Shown: positions 8,413 through 17,301 of the stretch, piece by piece
Layout: each line of letters opens with the position of its first letter
How positions within the stretch are numbered: position 1 is the first letter of the stretch
Source of the DNA: a virus
Lineage: Duplodnaviria > Caudoviricetes
DNA length: 39,215 nt
IMG/VR virus record: IMGVR_UViG_3300025838_000072
Span: 1-39,215 of that record
Direction: 5' to 3' (one strand)
The notes under the pieces: model-generated
Told to the model about the DNA's origin: nothing
The model's database searches: none
The model's input: the letters and a program-made list of their open reading frames with translations, nothing else
Made by a program: the position numbers and the translations under genes

Positions 8413-8784
8413 TTATGGGCTCAAATTGTCTAGGTTTCCATCGACTTGATCTTGTGAAGTCTCTGGGGCGATACCAAATTCACCAGCACTACTAGGCACT
8501 GCAGACTGACCTGTACCATTTACGATATTAGGATCAGTTGTGATAGCATCATTATACTGAGAAATATCAGCATCAGGCCTAGGAAAGCGAATAGATATTT
8601 TTTCAGGCTGACGTGCAGGTAGTCTGTAAGGGTCTCTTTCATCATTGCAACCAAAATTACAAACACGTAACCCAGGAATGTTCCTGTCATTACCTATATC
8701 ATCATATGCACGCTTCATTTTGCAGCGATCGCAGATGGCAATAGATAAGACAGTATTTCCTCGAGTATTAAGCCATATGCTCAT
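8413..8784 (-). CDS. Hypothetical head-tail region protein with Cys motifs
   Basis: AICDRC...GLRVC..GC.D...RFPRPD. ATGA overlap with the upstream gene. Confidence 0.65.
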   Translation of the reverse strand: MSIWLNTRGNTVLSIAICDRCKMKRAYDDIGNDRNIPGLRVCNFGCNDERDPYRLPARQPEKISIRFPRPDADISQYNDAITTDPNIVNGTGQSAVPSSAGEFGIAPETSQDQVDGNLDNLSP

Positions 8785-9839
8785 CTTGTGTATGGGGAAA
8801 TATTAGGTGCAAAATAGATGGGAGACTTATCTCTTTCTTCTTGTTCTGCTTGCATCCAAGTCTCATTTGATTCAGCTTTTAAAAGTTGAATTCGAGTTGG
8901 GTCAACTGCAGGCAGTTCAAGAGCCATTTCATACGCAAGTAGGTTCTGAATGGCCAGATACCATCTCTGTGGGATTTCTATTTGTCCTTGTAATGAACCG
9001 ACATCTTGTATGTAGCGATGGCACCAAGCCACAATCTGAGGACTATAAATTCCTGGTGCAGGCCACAAGTACATGGACGGCTGAGGAATAGTTCTGTCAA
9101 ACCAATACTGCAGTGGGTAATTGTTTGTGAAATTCTTGTTTGGCAAGTTGACATAGTCATCTCTATTCATTCTTGCCATCGGAATTTCAGTTAGATTAGA
9201 TCCGAACACAACTTGATAAACTGCCATGTTCACACCGGCAGTTTGAACAATCCGCCAATACGGTTGGGTTGCAGATGGGTCGAGATCATAGTATAACCAT
9301 GTACCTGATACCCAATTAACAGCTCCTGGGCTAGCTACTGTAGTCCACGTAACACCATTGCTTGAATATTGAATCTGAATGGTTACAGAACCGCTGACAG
9401 CCGGCAAAATACCAACTGTACCCATATAAATACCATTTCCAGTACCTAGATTAATACCGATTGAGCTAGTATTGTTTGTACATTGGCAAATATTGGTGTA
9501 CTGACCATCAAATGCATAACTTCCATTACCTGTAGTTGAATAACCACCTGTAGTATTGGCTGTAAGTGTTCGATAATTGGCATTTAGTACGTCTACAACA
9601 CCTGAATCAAGATAGTAAATGTAGTGATCAGGCACCATGCCTAAAACAAGCTTCTGAATACACCAATATTGGATACCTCTATTGGCTAGATGAGACAAAA
9701 CATAGTAAAGACTGTCTTTCGAAGCTGCTACTTGCTCATCTGTCAACTCTTCAGCTAATTTACCGGCTCTGCGTGCTCCGTGATCAATTAGTTGTTGAAC
9801 TGATATGACTGTCTGAGAAACAGTGCCACTTGTAGACAT
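8781..9839 (-). CDS. Putative head-tail adaptor with inserted carbohydrate-binding-like domain
   Basis: MSTSGT...LANRGI.YW N-terminus and R.NRDDY.NLPNK...QYWFDR...YLWP.P C-terminus. Central AFDG...QYSSNGVTWT...YWRI segment resembles F5/8 type C/discoidin. Confidence 0.55.
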   Translation of the reverse strand: MSTSGTVSQTVISVQQLIDHGARRAGKLAEELTDEQVAASKDSLYYVLSHLANRGIQYWCIQKLVLGMVPDHYIYYLDSGVVDVLNANYRTLTANTTGGYSTTGNGSYAFDGQYTNICQCTNNTSSIGINLGTGNGIYMGTVGILPAVSGSVTIQIQYSSNGVTWTTVASPGAVNWVSGTWLYYDLDPSATQPYWRIVQTAGVNMAVYQVVFGSNLTEIPMARMNRDDYVNLPNKNFTNNYPLQYWFDRTIPQPSMYLWPAPGIYSPQIVAWCHRYIQDVGSLQGQIEIPQRWYLAIQNLLAYEMALELPAVDPTRIQLLKAESNETWMQAEQEERDKSPIYFAPNISPYTR

Positions 9840-10391
9840 TTACCATCCTTTAATGTCATGTTTCTTAGTTTGACCACCTGTGGCACAATGCCATCTTTTT
9901 AGCGATGCTGCTTTACGAGTAGGACGACCTTTTTCATCTTTCATCGGTCCTTTCATTCCGCTCATTCTAGCACAAAAGCTATCATGTCTTGGTCCTTTTT
10001 CTTGTGGTGCTTTAAGATGACTTCCGGTTTCTCGATTGACTTTATCTCGACCTTTTTGAGTTAATCCTGCACCTCTATCTGTAGGAAGTTTTTCACCTCG
10101 TTTAACAGAAAGATGGACATCACCACCATGCTTTTTGCTTTGTGAATGCTTTAAGTCATAGTCTGTAGGAGCACCTTTGCTGCCAGGTTTACGCATATGT
10201 TCGCCTGACCCATGCTTGATTCGTTCTTGCTTAGCATGTATATTGTCCCATAAGCCACCAGATTTCTTTCCCACAGACCGCTTGGTAGCATATGCAATTG
10301 CAACGGCTTGCTTAACTGGTTTGCCGGCTTTAACTTCAGCGGACACATTCTTACTAAAAGCCTCTTTTGATTTACTTTTAATAAGTGGCAT
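9840..10391 (-). CDS. Highly basic modular protein (C-terminal module DUF6321-like)
   Basis: Lys/Arg-rich. Modules MPL.K...KQAVAIAY, GLWDNIHAKQERIK.GSGE.MRKPGSKGAP and GLTQKGR...R.DSFCARM...RW.C. Confidence 0.75.
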   Translation of the reverse strand: MPLIKSKSKEAFSKNVSAEVKAGKPVKQAVAIAYATKRSVGKKSGGLWDNIHAKQERIKHGSGEHMRKPGSKGAPTDYDLKHSQSKKHGGDVHLSVKRGEKLPTDRGAGLTQKGRDKVNRETGSHLKAPQEKGPRHDSFCARMSGMKGPMKDEKGRPTRKAASLKRWHCATGGQTKKHDIKGW

Positions 10392-10393
10392 GA

Positions 10394-11164
10394 TTAAGTT
10401 CCTACACCAGTTACATTGTTGTTAGCTTGAATCAGCTTACCGTTTACAACCAATCCAGCGCCAATTGTGCTTGAACTTGCTTTCAATTGAAATTGAAGAT
10501 CAGTTTTTTGAGTATACCTAAAAGGGTTCGGCCTTGTAATTGTAAAGATCGAAACAAAAGGTTGTTGCAACACGCTTAAAGTCACACCAGTCACGTTGTT
10601 TGTGGCTTGTACGTTATAGGTTATGATAACACTACTTGTATAACTATTGCTTGTATTGATCTCAACTTGATCTAAATAAAAATCATAGTTTGCAGGCACG
10701 CTGTACCAAGCATTTTGAGACTTACCAATACCTACGTTGATTTGACCGTAAGTTGTTGTGCTTACTTTAATTGTAATTTGACCAACATTTGTTGTTTGGC
10801 CGGATGCCGGAGTTGTCAAAAACAAATTGTTGATCCTCAAATAACTATTCACTGTGGTTGTTCCACCAGTTGCAATAGTTACTGTCTCTGAAATTTGGTT
10901 CCAATTTGCATCTAAACCAACTACAAGTACTGTAGCTCCATTGTCAGTTGCAGAGCCACTTGCCACAACCATAGTGGAAGCTGATGCTGGAAAAGTATAC
11001 GCTGAAGCATTTTCCCAAACTGCAATTGATGTAGTACCAACAGAAGGCTGATACCCAAAAATATTAACTGTGCTATGGCCTGCAATTTGACCACGAGCAA
11101 CTTGCAAGTCAAATGGCTCATACGCACCATTTCTAGTGACTGACGCAACAATATTATTACTCAT
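10394..11164 (-). CDS. Putative virion structural protein
   Basis: GAGG RBS. FDLQVARGQIAGH..VNIFG motif, beta-rich composition, in the structural operon. Confidence 0.65.
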   Translation of the reverse strand: MSNNIVASVTRNGAYEPFDLQVARGQIAGHSTVNIFGYQPSVGTTSIAVWENASAYTFPASASTMVVASGSATDNGATVLVVGLDANWNQISETVTIATGGTTTVNSYLRINNLFLTTPASGQTTNVGQITIKVSTTTYGQINVGIGKSQNAWYSVPANYDFYLDQVEINTSNSYTSSVIITYNVQATNNVTGVTLSVLQQPFVSIFTITRPNPFRYTQKTDLQFQLKASSSTIGAGLVVNGKLIQANNNVTGVGT

Positions 11165-11176
11165 GTCTAATCCTCA

Positions 11177-11205
11177 ATAAAAGAGAGGGGCCGAAGCCCC
11201 GCCTC
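11177..11205 (-). terminator. Intrinsic terminator with UUCG tetraloop
   Basis: Minus strand AGAGGC-GGGGC-TTCG-GCCCC-TCTCTTTT directly after the stop at 11206. Confidence 0.75.
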
Positions 11206-12228
11206 TTAATAGTTACACTTACCGCCGGCTTTTTTATGAGTCGACATTTTTGAAGTATGGTGCTTAGCATGTCCACCATGCTTCATAGGATGGCCTTCCA
11301 TTTTTTCATGACCACCGTGTGCATGCTTTGCTGCATGCTTATGCATGTGCATATGACCTTCTTCATGATGACCATGAGTAGTGTGGTGTGCTGCATGACC
11401 ATGGTGTACTTTGCCGCCATGCTTGTATGCATCAATCTTTCTATTCACTTCACCAGTGCCAGACTTTTTGGTGGGCATTTTTTCGCCGTCATGCATGTCA
11501 TTCAAGTATTTGTCAGCAACACTTTGTGACACTGTTCCACCTTTAGCATAGTGATGTTTCTTAGTGTGGCCACCATGTTTGTAGCCTTTACCTTCAACAC
11601 CACTAGTCTTTGTCTGCTTAGCAAGACCTTGCTTGGCTTCATGCACTTTATCTTGTACATCAATCTTAGGTTTCAATGCATCACGTGCTTGAAACTTATC
11701 ACCTTTAGCAGCTAAACCGCCATCAGCATAATGATGTTTCTTAGAATGACCGCCATGCTTATAGCCAGGTGAACGTACACCACCTGTGCCTGCTGGTTTT
11801 GTAGGTCCTTTATCTTCTACACCACCAAGCAAACCACCGGGAACTGCACGTTGCATACCGCCTTTAGCCATGTGAGCTTTACCGCCATGCTTAAGACCGT
11901 GGTGAGCTTTACTAGCTTTCATGCCTTCATGATGCTTAAGTTCTTTTTCGATCTTGTGCATTTCATGCATTTCAGCTTTGTGCTCTTTACCGCCTTCAGC
12001 CATGTGATGTGCTTTACCACCGTGTTTACGCATTAACATTGCAGGAGGTCTAGCTGCCATCATTGGCGCACGTCTTGGCATTGCAGCAGCCATCATAGGC
12101 GCACCACCCATTGCCATATGCTTTTTGTGCTTGGCATGTCCACCACGTTTCATACCATCACCAACTTCATCAGCTGAAGGTTCAGTGGTCATTTCTTTAG
12201 GCTCGCGGCCAAATGAGGATTTTGACAT
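11206..12228 (-). CDS. His/Lys/Gly-rich low-complexity protein with repeated xKHGG / xAxGG motifs
   Basis: AGGAG RBS. 14 x-[KA]-x-GG motifs and a His-rich C-terminus. Confidence 0.8.
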   Translation of the reverse strand: MSKSSFGREPKEMTTEPSADEVGDGMKRGGHAKHKKHMAMGGAPMMAAAMPRRAPMMAARPPAMLMRKHGGKAHHMAEGGKEHKAEMHEMHKIEKELKHHEGMKASKAHHGLKHGGKAHMAKGGMQRAVPGGLLGGVEDKGPTKPAGTGGVRSPGYKHGGHSKKHHYADGGLAAKGDKFQARDALKPKIDVQDKVHEAKQGLAKQTKTSGVEGKGYKHGGHTKKHHYAKGGTVSQSVADKYLNDMHDGEKMPTKKSGTGEVNRKIDAYKHGGKVHHGHAAHHTTHGHHEEGHMHMHKHAAKHAHGGHEKMEGHPMKHGGHAKHHTSKMSTHKKAGGKCNY

Positions 12229-12240
12229 TTTTAAGCTCCT

Positions 12241-13281
12241 TTAAGCTTGGGTGATGCCGAGCAAACCTGTTGCTGTGGCGTTAGGACCAACCTGAATTGC
12301 TGTCAAACCTAGAGTAATGACAAGCTTATTATATCCATTCAGTGTTCCTGCAGGAATATAAGTTCCACGAACATCAGGTGTTACTGAACTAGACACAAAC
12401 TGAGGAACCATACTTGCAGCACTAGCAGTATAAGAACCTGTGGCTGCCAAATATGTACCAGCAAGATAGTTGGCTTGTGTGGATGAAAGCTTACCTGTGG
12501 TTGAAGATACATATGTCCACCAGTAAGTTGTACCTGTACTAATACCAGTAGGGGGTGTACCAGTAAACTGTACCAAAGTGCCACTAGGAGGAGCATAGCC
12601 AACAGTTAAAACTCCTGGCGTTGCAATTGTCCAGCCAGTAACAGCTTGTGTGTTGTAATTGGTTGTATTGCCATAGTAACCATATGCCAATGTACCAACA
12701 TCCACGTCAACTGAACCAGTGAACCCGGTGTCAACAACATAGGCTTCATCACTAATACGGCAAGGCAAACCCATAGTAGTAGTTGTGTCAACTGATACAG
12801 CAACTGCTGTAGCTGCTGAGAATGCAACTGAGTACACTTGGAAGAAAGCTTTGCGGCCTTTAGTGGTTGTGGACTGAACAGTGCCTGTCTGAATAATTTC
12901 AGTCATTGACTGTCCATAGTAATCATAACCAGTGATTGTCACTTGAGAATTGGTTGGTGAACCAGATCCGGTAGTCACTGACAAAGCACGAGGATAGTCC
13001 AACTGAGTAACTGTCAAACCATTGTTCAACAATACTTGAGTTGTACCACCTGTACCATAGGCAAGTGCTGTACCGCTATAGGTAGTTGCTTGTGTAGGCG
13101 TTTTGGCAGCCAACACAGCAGCAGTTGTAGCAGCAGCAGGTGTTGTGTCATAAAGGTAAACACGACCCATTGGGCCGAAACCTAATGACATAGGAGAAGG
13201 ATTTCCTAATGCACTGTTGGAATTTGTACCAACATATGATTGTGCGGACCCTAGGAAGAGGTCATCTGAAAATTGTGGCAT
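12241..13281 (-). CDS. Putative capsid decoration / minor structural protein
   Basis: Follows the major capsid gene. GGAG RBS. T/G-rich with LDYPRALSV..., GYDYYGQ.MTE and DVRGTY motifs. Confidence 0.6.
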   Translation of the reverse strand: MPQFSDDLFLGSAQSYVGTNSNSALGNPSPMSLGFGPMGRVYLYDTTPAAATTAAVLAAKTPTQATTYSGTALAYGTGGTTQVLLNNGLTVTQLDYPRALSVTTGSGSPTNSQVTITGYDYYGQSMTEIIQTGTVQSTTTKGRKAFFQVYSVAFSAATAVAVSVDTTTTMGLPCRISDEAYVVDTGFTGSVDVDVGTLAYGYYGNTTNYNTQAVTGWTIATPGVLTVGYAPPSGTLVQFTGTPPTGISTGTTYWWTYVSSTTGKLSSTQANYLAGTYLAATGSYTASAASMVPQFVSSSVTPDVRGTYIPAGTLNGYNKLVITLGLTAIQVGPNATATGLLGITQA

Positions 13282-13314
13282 TTTGTCTGCTCCATGAAAA
13301 GTATGACAAGTTTT

Positions 13315-13343
13315 AAAAAAGGGGAAGGTTTTACCCTTCCCCG
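13315..13343 (-). terminator. Intrinsic terminator after the major capsid gene
   Basis: Minus strand GGGGAAGG-GTAAAA-CCTTCCCC-TTTTTT. Confidence 0.85.
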
Positions 13344-13349
13344 CTTGGC

Positions 13350-14264
13350 TTAAGCGCCGGGTGTACCATACATGGCACGTGGATCAGTCCAGTTAGGGAT
13401 GTAACGCTCAGTGGCTTTATAGCGCATTGAGTCAGTTTCAAAATCACCTTCCATGGTCTTCTCCAAGGCACGACGCATCATGAGTTTCATACCCTCAGGA
13501 GCATCGGTCTGTACCCACCAGTTAGTGGACGAAGTCAAACGGCTGATCACGGTAGCGCCTTCAGGCAACAAACCAATTGATTTAATTGGGTTGATGTCGT
13601 TATTGGCTGTACCGGTACGCAACACTGACTTTAACAACACTTCAGCTTGGAACACGTTACCAGGGGCAACCACAAGCTTCAAAGGTTGGAGACGGATTTT
13701 CTTACCGTTGTTGTCAACGGCTTGACGAATCTGAATCAACATTTGCTCAAGTGACGTCTGGCTAAGAGCAGCAGCTGTTGCCAACTGATTGCTGAATGAA
13801 CCAACTGCAATGGGGTGTGCTGTGTTAATCAAAGATACGCCGTCACCACCTGTGTAAGAGCTATTGAAAGCTCTGTTCAAGATGTTAGCACACAACAACT
13901 CTTTGGTTTCCACCAAGGATTGTGCCAAGTGCTTAGCATAAATTTGACCAATACGAACGTGGTCGCCATCTTCAACCAATACTTTGGTCAATGCAAAAGC
14001 AAGACCGAAGACTTGGTAGACATAGCGTTGTAAGAACAACACGCCGCCTTGTTGATAAGTAACGGGGCTGCCATCAGGGAGCTGAGGAGCTGCACCGAAA
14101 CCGTATAGAACGGGTTCTTCGTGGTAGTTACGAGGAATACCGGCTTGTTCACGGAAAACTGTTGACCACTCGTCTGCACGTTGATCATACACACCGTCAA
14201 AGGACTCATTAAGGATCGGTTCAACAATCGATCTAAAGTCCGTACTTCGCATTGGGGCTGCCAT
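13350..14264 (-). CDS. Major capsid protein (Mu gpT-like, HK97 fold expected)
   Basis: 304 aa. AAGGAG RBS, downstream terminator. E.VL.GFG.AP...G, GGDGVSL..TAHP and EGDFET..MRYKATERY...W.DPR motifs. Confidence 0.85.
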   Translation of the reverse strand: MAAPMRSTDFRSIVEPILNESFDGVYDQRADEWSTVFREQAGIPRNYHEEPVLYGFGAAPQLPDGSPVTYQQGGVLFLQRYVYQVFGLAFALTKVLVEDGDHVRIGQIYAKHLAQSLVETKELLCANILNRAFNSSYTGGDGVSLINTAHPIAVGSFSNQLATAAALSQTSLEQMLIQIRQAVDNNGKKIRLQPLKLVVAPGNVFQAEVLLKSVLRTGTANNDINPIKSIGLLPEGATVISRLTSSTNWWVQTDAPEGMKLMMRRALEKTMEGDFETDSMRYKATERYIPNWTDPRAMYGTPGA

Positions 14265-14276
14265 AGCTTATTCTCC

Positions 14277-14858
14277 TTAAATAGCGTTAACAGAAGAAAC
14301 AAACTGAGGATTGCTGATCTGTACACGAACTACAGTGTAAGCATCGCCCCAAGCATTGTCTGGATAAGGTGCTATATCAACAATACGGAATTGTCCGTTT
14401 GAGCCTGAACCAACCAAAGTTGATGACAGAGTCATTTGTGACAAACCTGTGGTTGTTGAACCAGCGGTGAAGTTTGAGAGATTGGCTTCATTGCCAATTG
14501 CAGTTTGCGCAATTGAGCCATCACTTTGGATCTCATACACGATCTGTTGATCATTGTAGAAATACGCAATGATGTTGGTGCCAGTTGTGCTAGCAGGCCA
14601 ATAGTTAGAAACTCTACGACGTCCGGTAGTGTCTGTAAACTCAACTCCTTGGAATGAGCCAGATACTTTACCTGAGTTAGTAGATGTGTCAACAACAGGA
14701 AGAATTGTTCCGTTGTTAGGATTGTATTGCACAGCTTGTCCTTTAAGGATGTTGCTGGAATACCCGGATGGGATTCCGTTCGTTAGCGCCTGAGCACGTT
14801 CCAACCCTGTAGGAAAATATGCGGGGCGCAAACCAAACGGAGCTGATACTGATGACAT
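14277..14858 (-). CDS. Putative capsid cement/decoration protein
   Basis: APFGLRP N-terminus, G.FQGVE.TD and YEIQSDG motifs. Directly upstream of the major capsid gene. Confidence 0.6.
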   Translation of the reverse strand: MSSVSAPFGLRPAYFPTGLERAQALTNGIPSGYSSNILKGQAVQYNPNNGTILPVVDTSTNSGKVSGSFQGVEFTDTTGRRRVSNYWPASTTGTNIIAYFYNDQQIVYEIQSDGSIAQTAIGNEANLSNFTAGSTTTGLSQMTLSSTLVGSGSNGQFRIVDIAPYPDNAWGDAYTVVRVQISNPQFVSSVNAI

Positions 14859-14872
14859 AGTGTGCTCCTTGC

Positions 14873-15412
14873 CTAGTTAAAAACAGGCGTTTTAATGGTT
14901 TGGTCAAAATTCATGCCATTACCTTCAATGGTAACCAGTGGACGACCTTTCGCATCGCGAGCTTGCTCTTGTAACATTTCTTGTTGGACACGAATCTTTT
15001 CTTGCTCGTCTTGAGGAGCGTAGTGATGCATTTCCAACATCATTTCTTGATAAACATCTTCTGGAAGCTTATACAAGACCATTTCATTACAAGCCACAAA
15101 GCCTTCTAGTTCCCCGGACTTAACTCTGTATGCATCAAAGCCTTCTATTTCAGAAGCTTTTACAGGCGTATATCCAAGTCTCATGCGCTTATGGATAGGG
15201 TCATATTGGTTAGTTGTAGATAACCAGCATAAGTGAAAACCCGGTATTTCGGGTGGGTTCGGAAGTGCCTCTGGTTGCCATTCCGAGCGGAACGTTCTAC
15301 GACGCTCCTGAGATGAAACTAAACTATCTTCTGCAGGTTGACGCATTTTGTCTTCCGTGGCTCTATCTTCACGACCTGCTCTAACATTTTTCTTTAATCT
15401 GTCATCCATCAT
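14873..15412 (-). CDS. Conserved head-module hypothetical protein
   Basis: LP.PP.IPG.H..W...R.R.GY.PV motif. Between scaffold and capsid genes. Confidence 0.65.
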   Translation of the reverse strand: MMDDRLKKNVRAGREDRATEDKMRQPAEDSLVSSQERRRTFRSEWQPEALPNPPEIPGFHLCWLSTTNQYDPIHKRMRLGYTPVKASEIEGFDAYRVKSGELEGFVACNEMVLYKLPEDVYQEMMLEMHHYAPQDEQEKIRVQQEMLQEQARDAKGRPLVTIEGNGMNFDQTIKTPVFN

Positions 15413-16395
15413 TGGCTCCTTTGTTTATTTTCACGATCCCATTTGGCATAATTCGCAATTGCTTTTTGACGAGCAGATGGGTTATCCCATAAACCTGCTT
15501 CTTTCATGGCAGCAACACGCTGTGGACTAAGTCTAAATTCATTAGATTTAGTACTAGCGATTGAATCTCTACCAGAACTTGTCACCATGGATCGAGGCCT
15601 CTGACTTTTGACGTTTGGCGGATTATAACCACGATCAGCGCGATGTGGTAAATATTTTGCAACTCTATCGTCCAACTCTTCCCAATAATCCTCAGACCGT
15701 GGATCAAACCCTTCCTCAGTAAGGCGTTTGTCAATCTTTTGGGCAATTTCGGAGTCCAGATCCTTACCCTCTGGGTCATACCATGGGTTTCTTTCTACCC
15801 AGTCAGAGGCCATCCGTTTAACATCAGGGTCTGATTGAATATTAGGAGTCTGTCCTGTCGTTTGACGAGCAGAAGTTTCACGCATGTTCTTTAATGACTC
15901 AAGCTTTCGCTGTGCGTCATACCAGTCTTGCTGAGCTTTTGTAAGAGCTTCTCCGTTAGAATGAGTAACCGCTTCTTTCATTTGAAGTTTGGCATACTCA
16001 ACCTGGACGGCAGCATCCTCAATTGCTTTGTCAACTCTTGCAAGCTCAGCACCAGAAGTCTTTTTCTCCATAATTGCAACACGCTCAGCAAGTTGTTGGT
16101 TTTGCTTTTTAAGCGCCGCAATTAAATGGTTTGATTCTTTTGCTTTTTCGCGATGAAGTTGTTTCTTAAGTTGACGCTCTTCACGTCTAGCTTGTCTAAT
16201 GGCTTCCCTATCAGGATCGCCACCACTATCATTTTGACCGTCATTGTCATCACTATTAGAAGCGGCTTCTTCTATAATGTTAATGAGGTCATCATTTTTT
16301 GTTTGCAGTGATTCATCTGCAGTGGTTACTTGAACTGATGCACTACCATCTTGGTTCTCTTCCACTTGAAGTTCTAACTTTTCAGTGCTATTCAT
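15409..16395 (-). CDS. Putative capsid scaffolding protein
   Basis: Acidic N-terminus, long coiled coil, W.ERNPWY...Y.EELD.R motif. ATG 16395 follows AAGGA. Confidence 0.65.
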   Translation of the reverse strand: MNSTEKLELQVEENQDGSASVQVTTADESLQTKNDDLINIIEEAASNSDDNDGQNDSGGDPDREAIRQARREERQLKKQLHREKAKESNHLIAALKKQNQQLAERVAIMEKKTSGAELARVDKAIEDAAVQVEYAKLQMKEAVTHSNGEALTKAQQDWYDAQRKLESLKNMRETSARQTTGQTPNIQSDPDVKRMASDWVERNPWYDPEGKDLDSEIAQKIDKRLTEEGFDPRSEDYWEELDDRVAKYLPHRADRGYNPPNVKSQRPRSMVTSSGRDSIASTKSNEFRLSPQRVAAMKEAGLWDNPSARQKAIANYAKWDRENKQRSQ

Positions 16396-16413
16396 AAAGT
16401 TTCCTTTCAAAAC

Positions 16414-16836
16414 TTAGATAAATGCTTTAATGTCACGAGGGTCACCAGTGACTTTACCAATGAGTTCATGATCATTAAAGAAAGTAAACAGACATTTGCC
16501 ATTTAGTCCATTCGCATCTGTAAAATCAATTTCCCATCTATCACCACCCCACTTAGGCACACGAACATATTCACCCACTTGTGCCCATGAGCCCTCAGGC
16601 CATGACTCCATGGTGTCACGTTTCTTAAATGCCAAAGGACCAAGAGCAATTACTTTTCCGACTTGTGTATTCCACTTTTCGGTTTCTTTGGTCTCTTCAG
16701 GCAATACAATCCCAGAAGCAGTCACTTTGTCTTTCACAGCTCTAAGCTGTACAAGTACTCTGCCACCATAGGGTGCCATTAATGGATCTATACTTGGAAA
16801 CGCTTCTTCAAGCGTCTGTTCGATATCATTCGACAT
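16414..16836 (-). CDS. groES: GroES-like co-chaperonin
   Basis: P.GGRVLV...TASGIVLPE...GKVIALG...VGEYV...K.GG...NDHELIG matches the Cpn10 pattern. Confidence 0.85.
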   Translation of the reverse strand: MSNDIEQTLEEAFPSIDPLMAPYGGRVLVQLRAVKDKVTASGIVLPEETKETEKWNTQVGKVIALGPLAFKKRDTMESWPEGSWAQVGEYVRVPKWGGDRWEIDFTDANGLNGKCLFTFFNDHELIGKVTGDPRDIKAFI

Positions 16837-17011
16837 CTTGATTTTCCTCTTCTATGAGTTGGTTGATTAAATTCAAGGCTTCATCCAAGCCTTGGTGTTG
16901 ACCGACTAGGCGCTGGTAAGTCTCAAAATTGATGGCATACCCTTGTACAAGGGAGTCAGCAATCTCGACTTGCTTTTGCTTTATCCGTCCGATGAGATCA
17001 GAAATCCGCAT
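16826..17011 (-). CDS. Small helical hypothetical protein
   Basis: 61 aa with YQRLVG..QGL. Translationally coupled to both neighbours. Confidence 0.7.
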   Translation of the reverse strand: MRISDLIGRIKQKQVEIADSLVQGYAINFETYQRLVGQHQGLDEALNLINQLIEEENQDVE

Positions 17012-17301
17012 TAGCGGCCCCGACCAGATGACTTCTTCATAGGCGCAATAATGACTGCCATACCGCCTTTGGCATGACCACCTTTTTTCATTGTAGCAAT
17101 TTTACCTGTGGGCTTGCCAATGATTGGTGTTTTTGCCACTGCTGGCAGATTAGCCACTTTAGACTCAGGGATTGCACCCTTGTTTGCTATACCACCTTTG
17201 GCATAATGATGCTTTTTGGCAACACCGCCTTTTTTCAAATGGTTGGCTTCACCCTCGCCATGCATAGCGATACGTTTGTGCATGTTAATTGCTTCAGACA
17301 T
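17011..17301 (-). CDS. Small basic protein with KKGG/AKGG motifs
   Basis: LKKGG, YAKGG, MKKGG, HAKGG. Directly after the portal gene. Confidence 0.7.
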   Translation of the reverse strand: MSEAINMHKRIAMHGEGEANHLKKGGVAKKHHYAKGGIANKGAIPESKVANLPAVAKTPIIGKPTGKIATMKKGGHAKGGMAVIIAPMKKSSGRGR

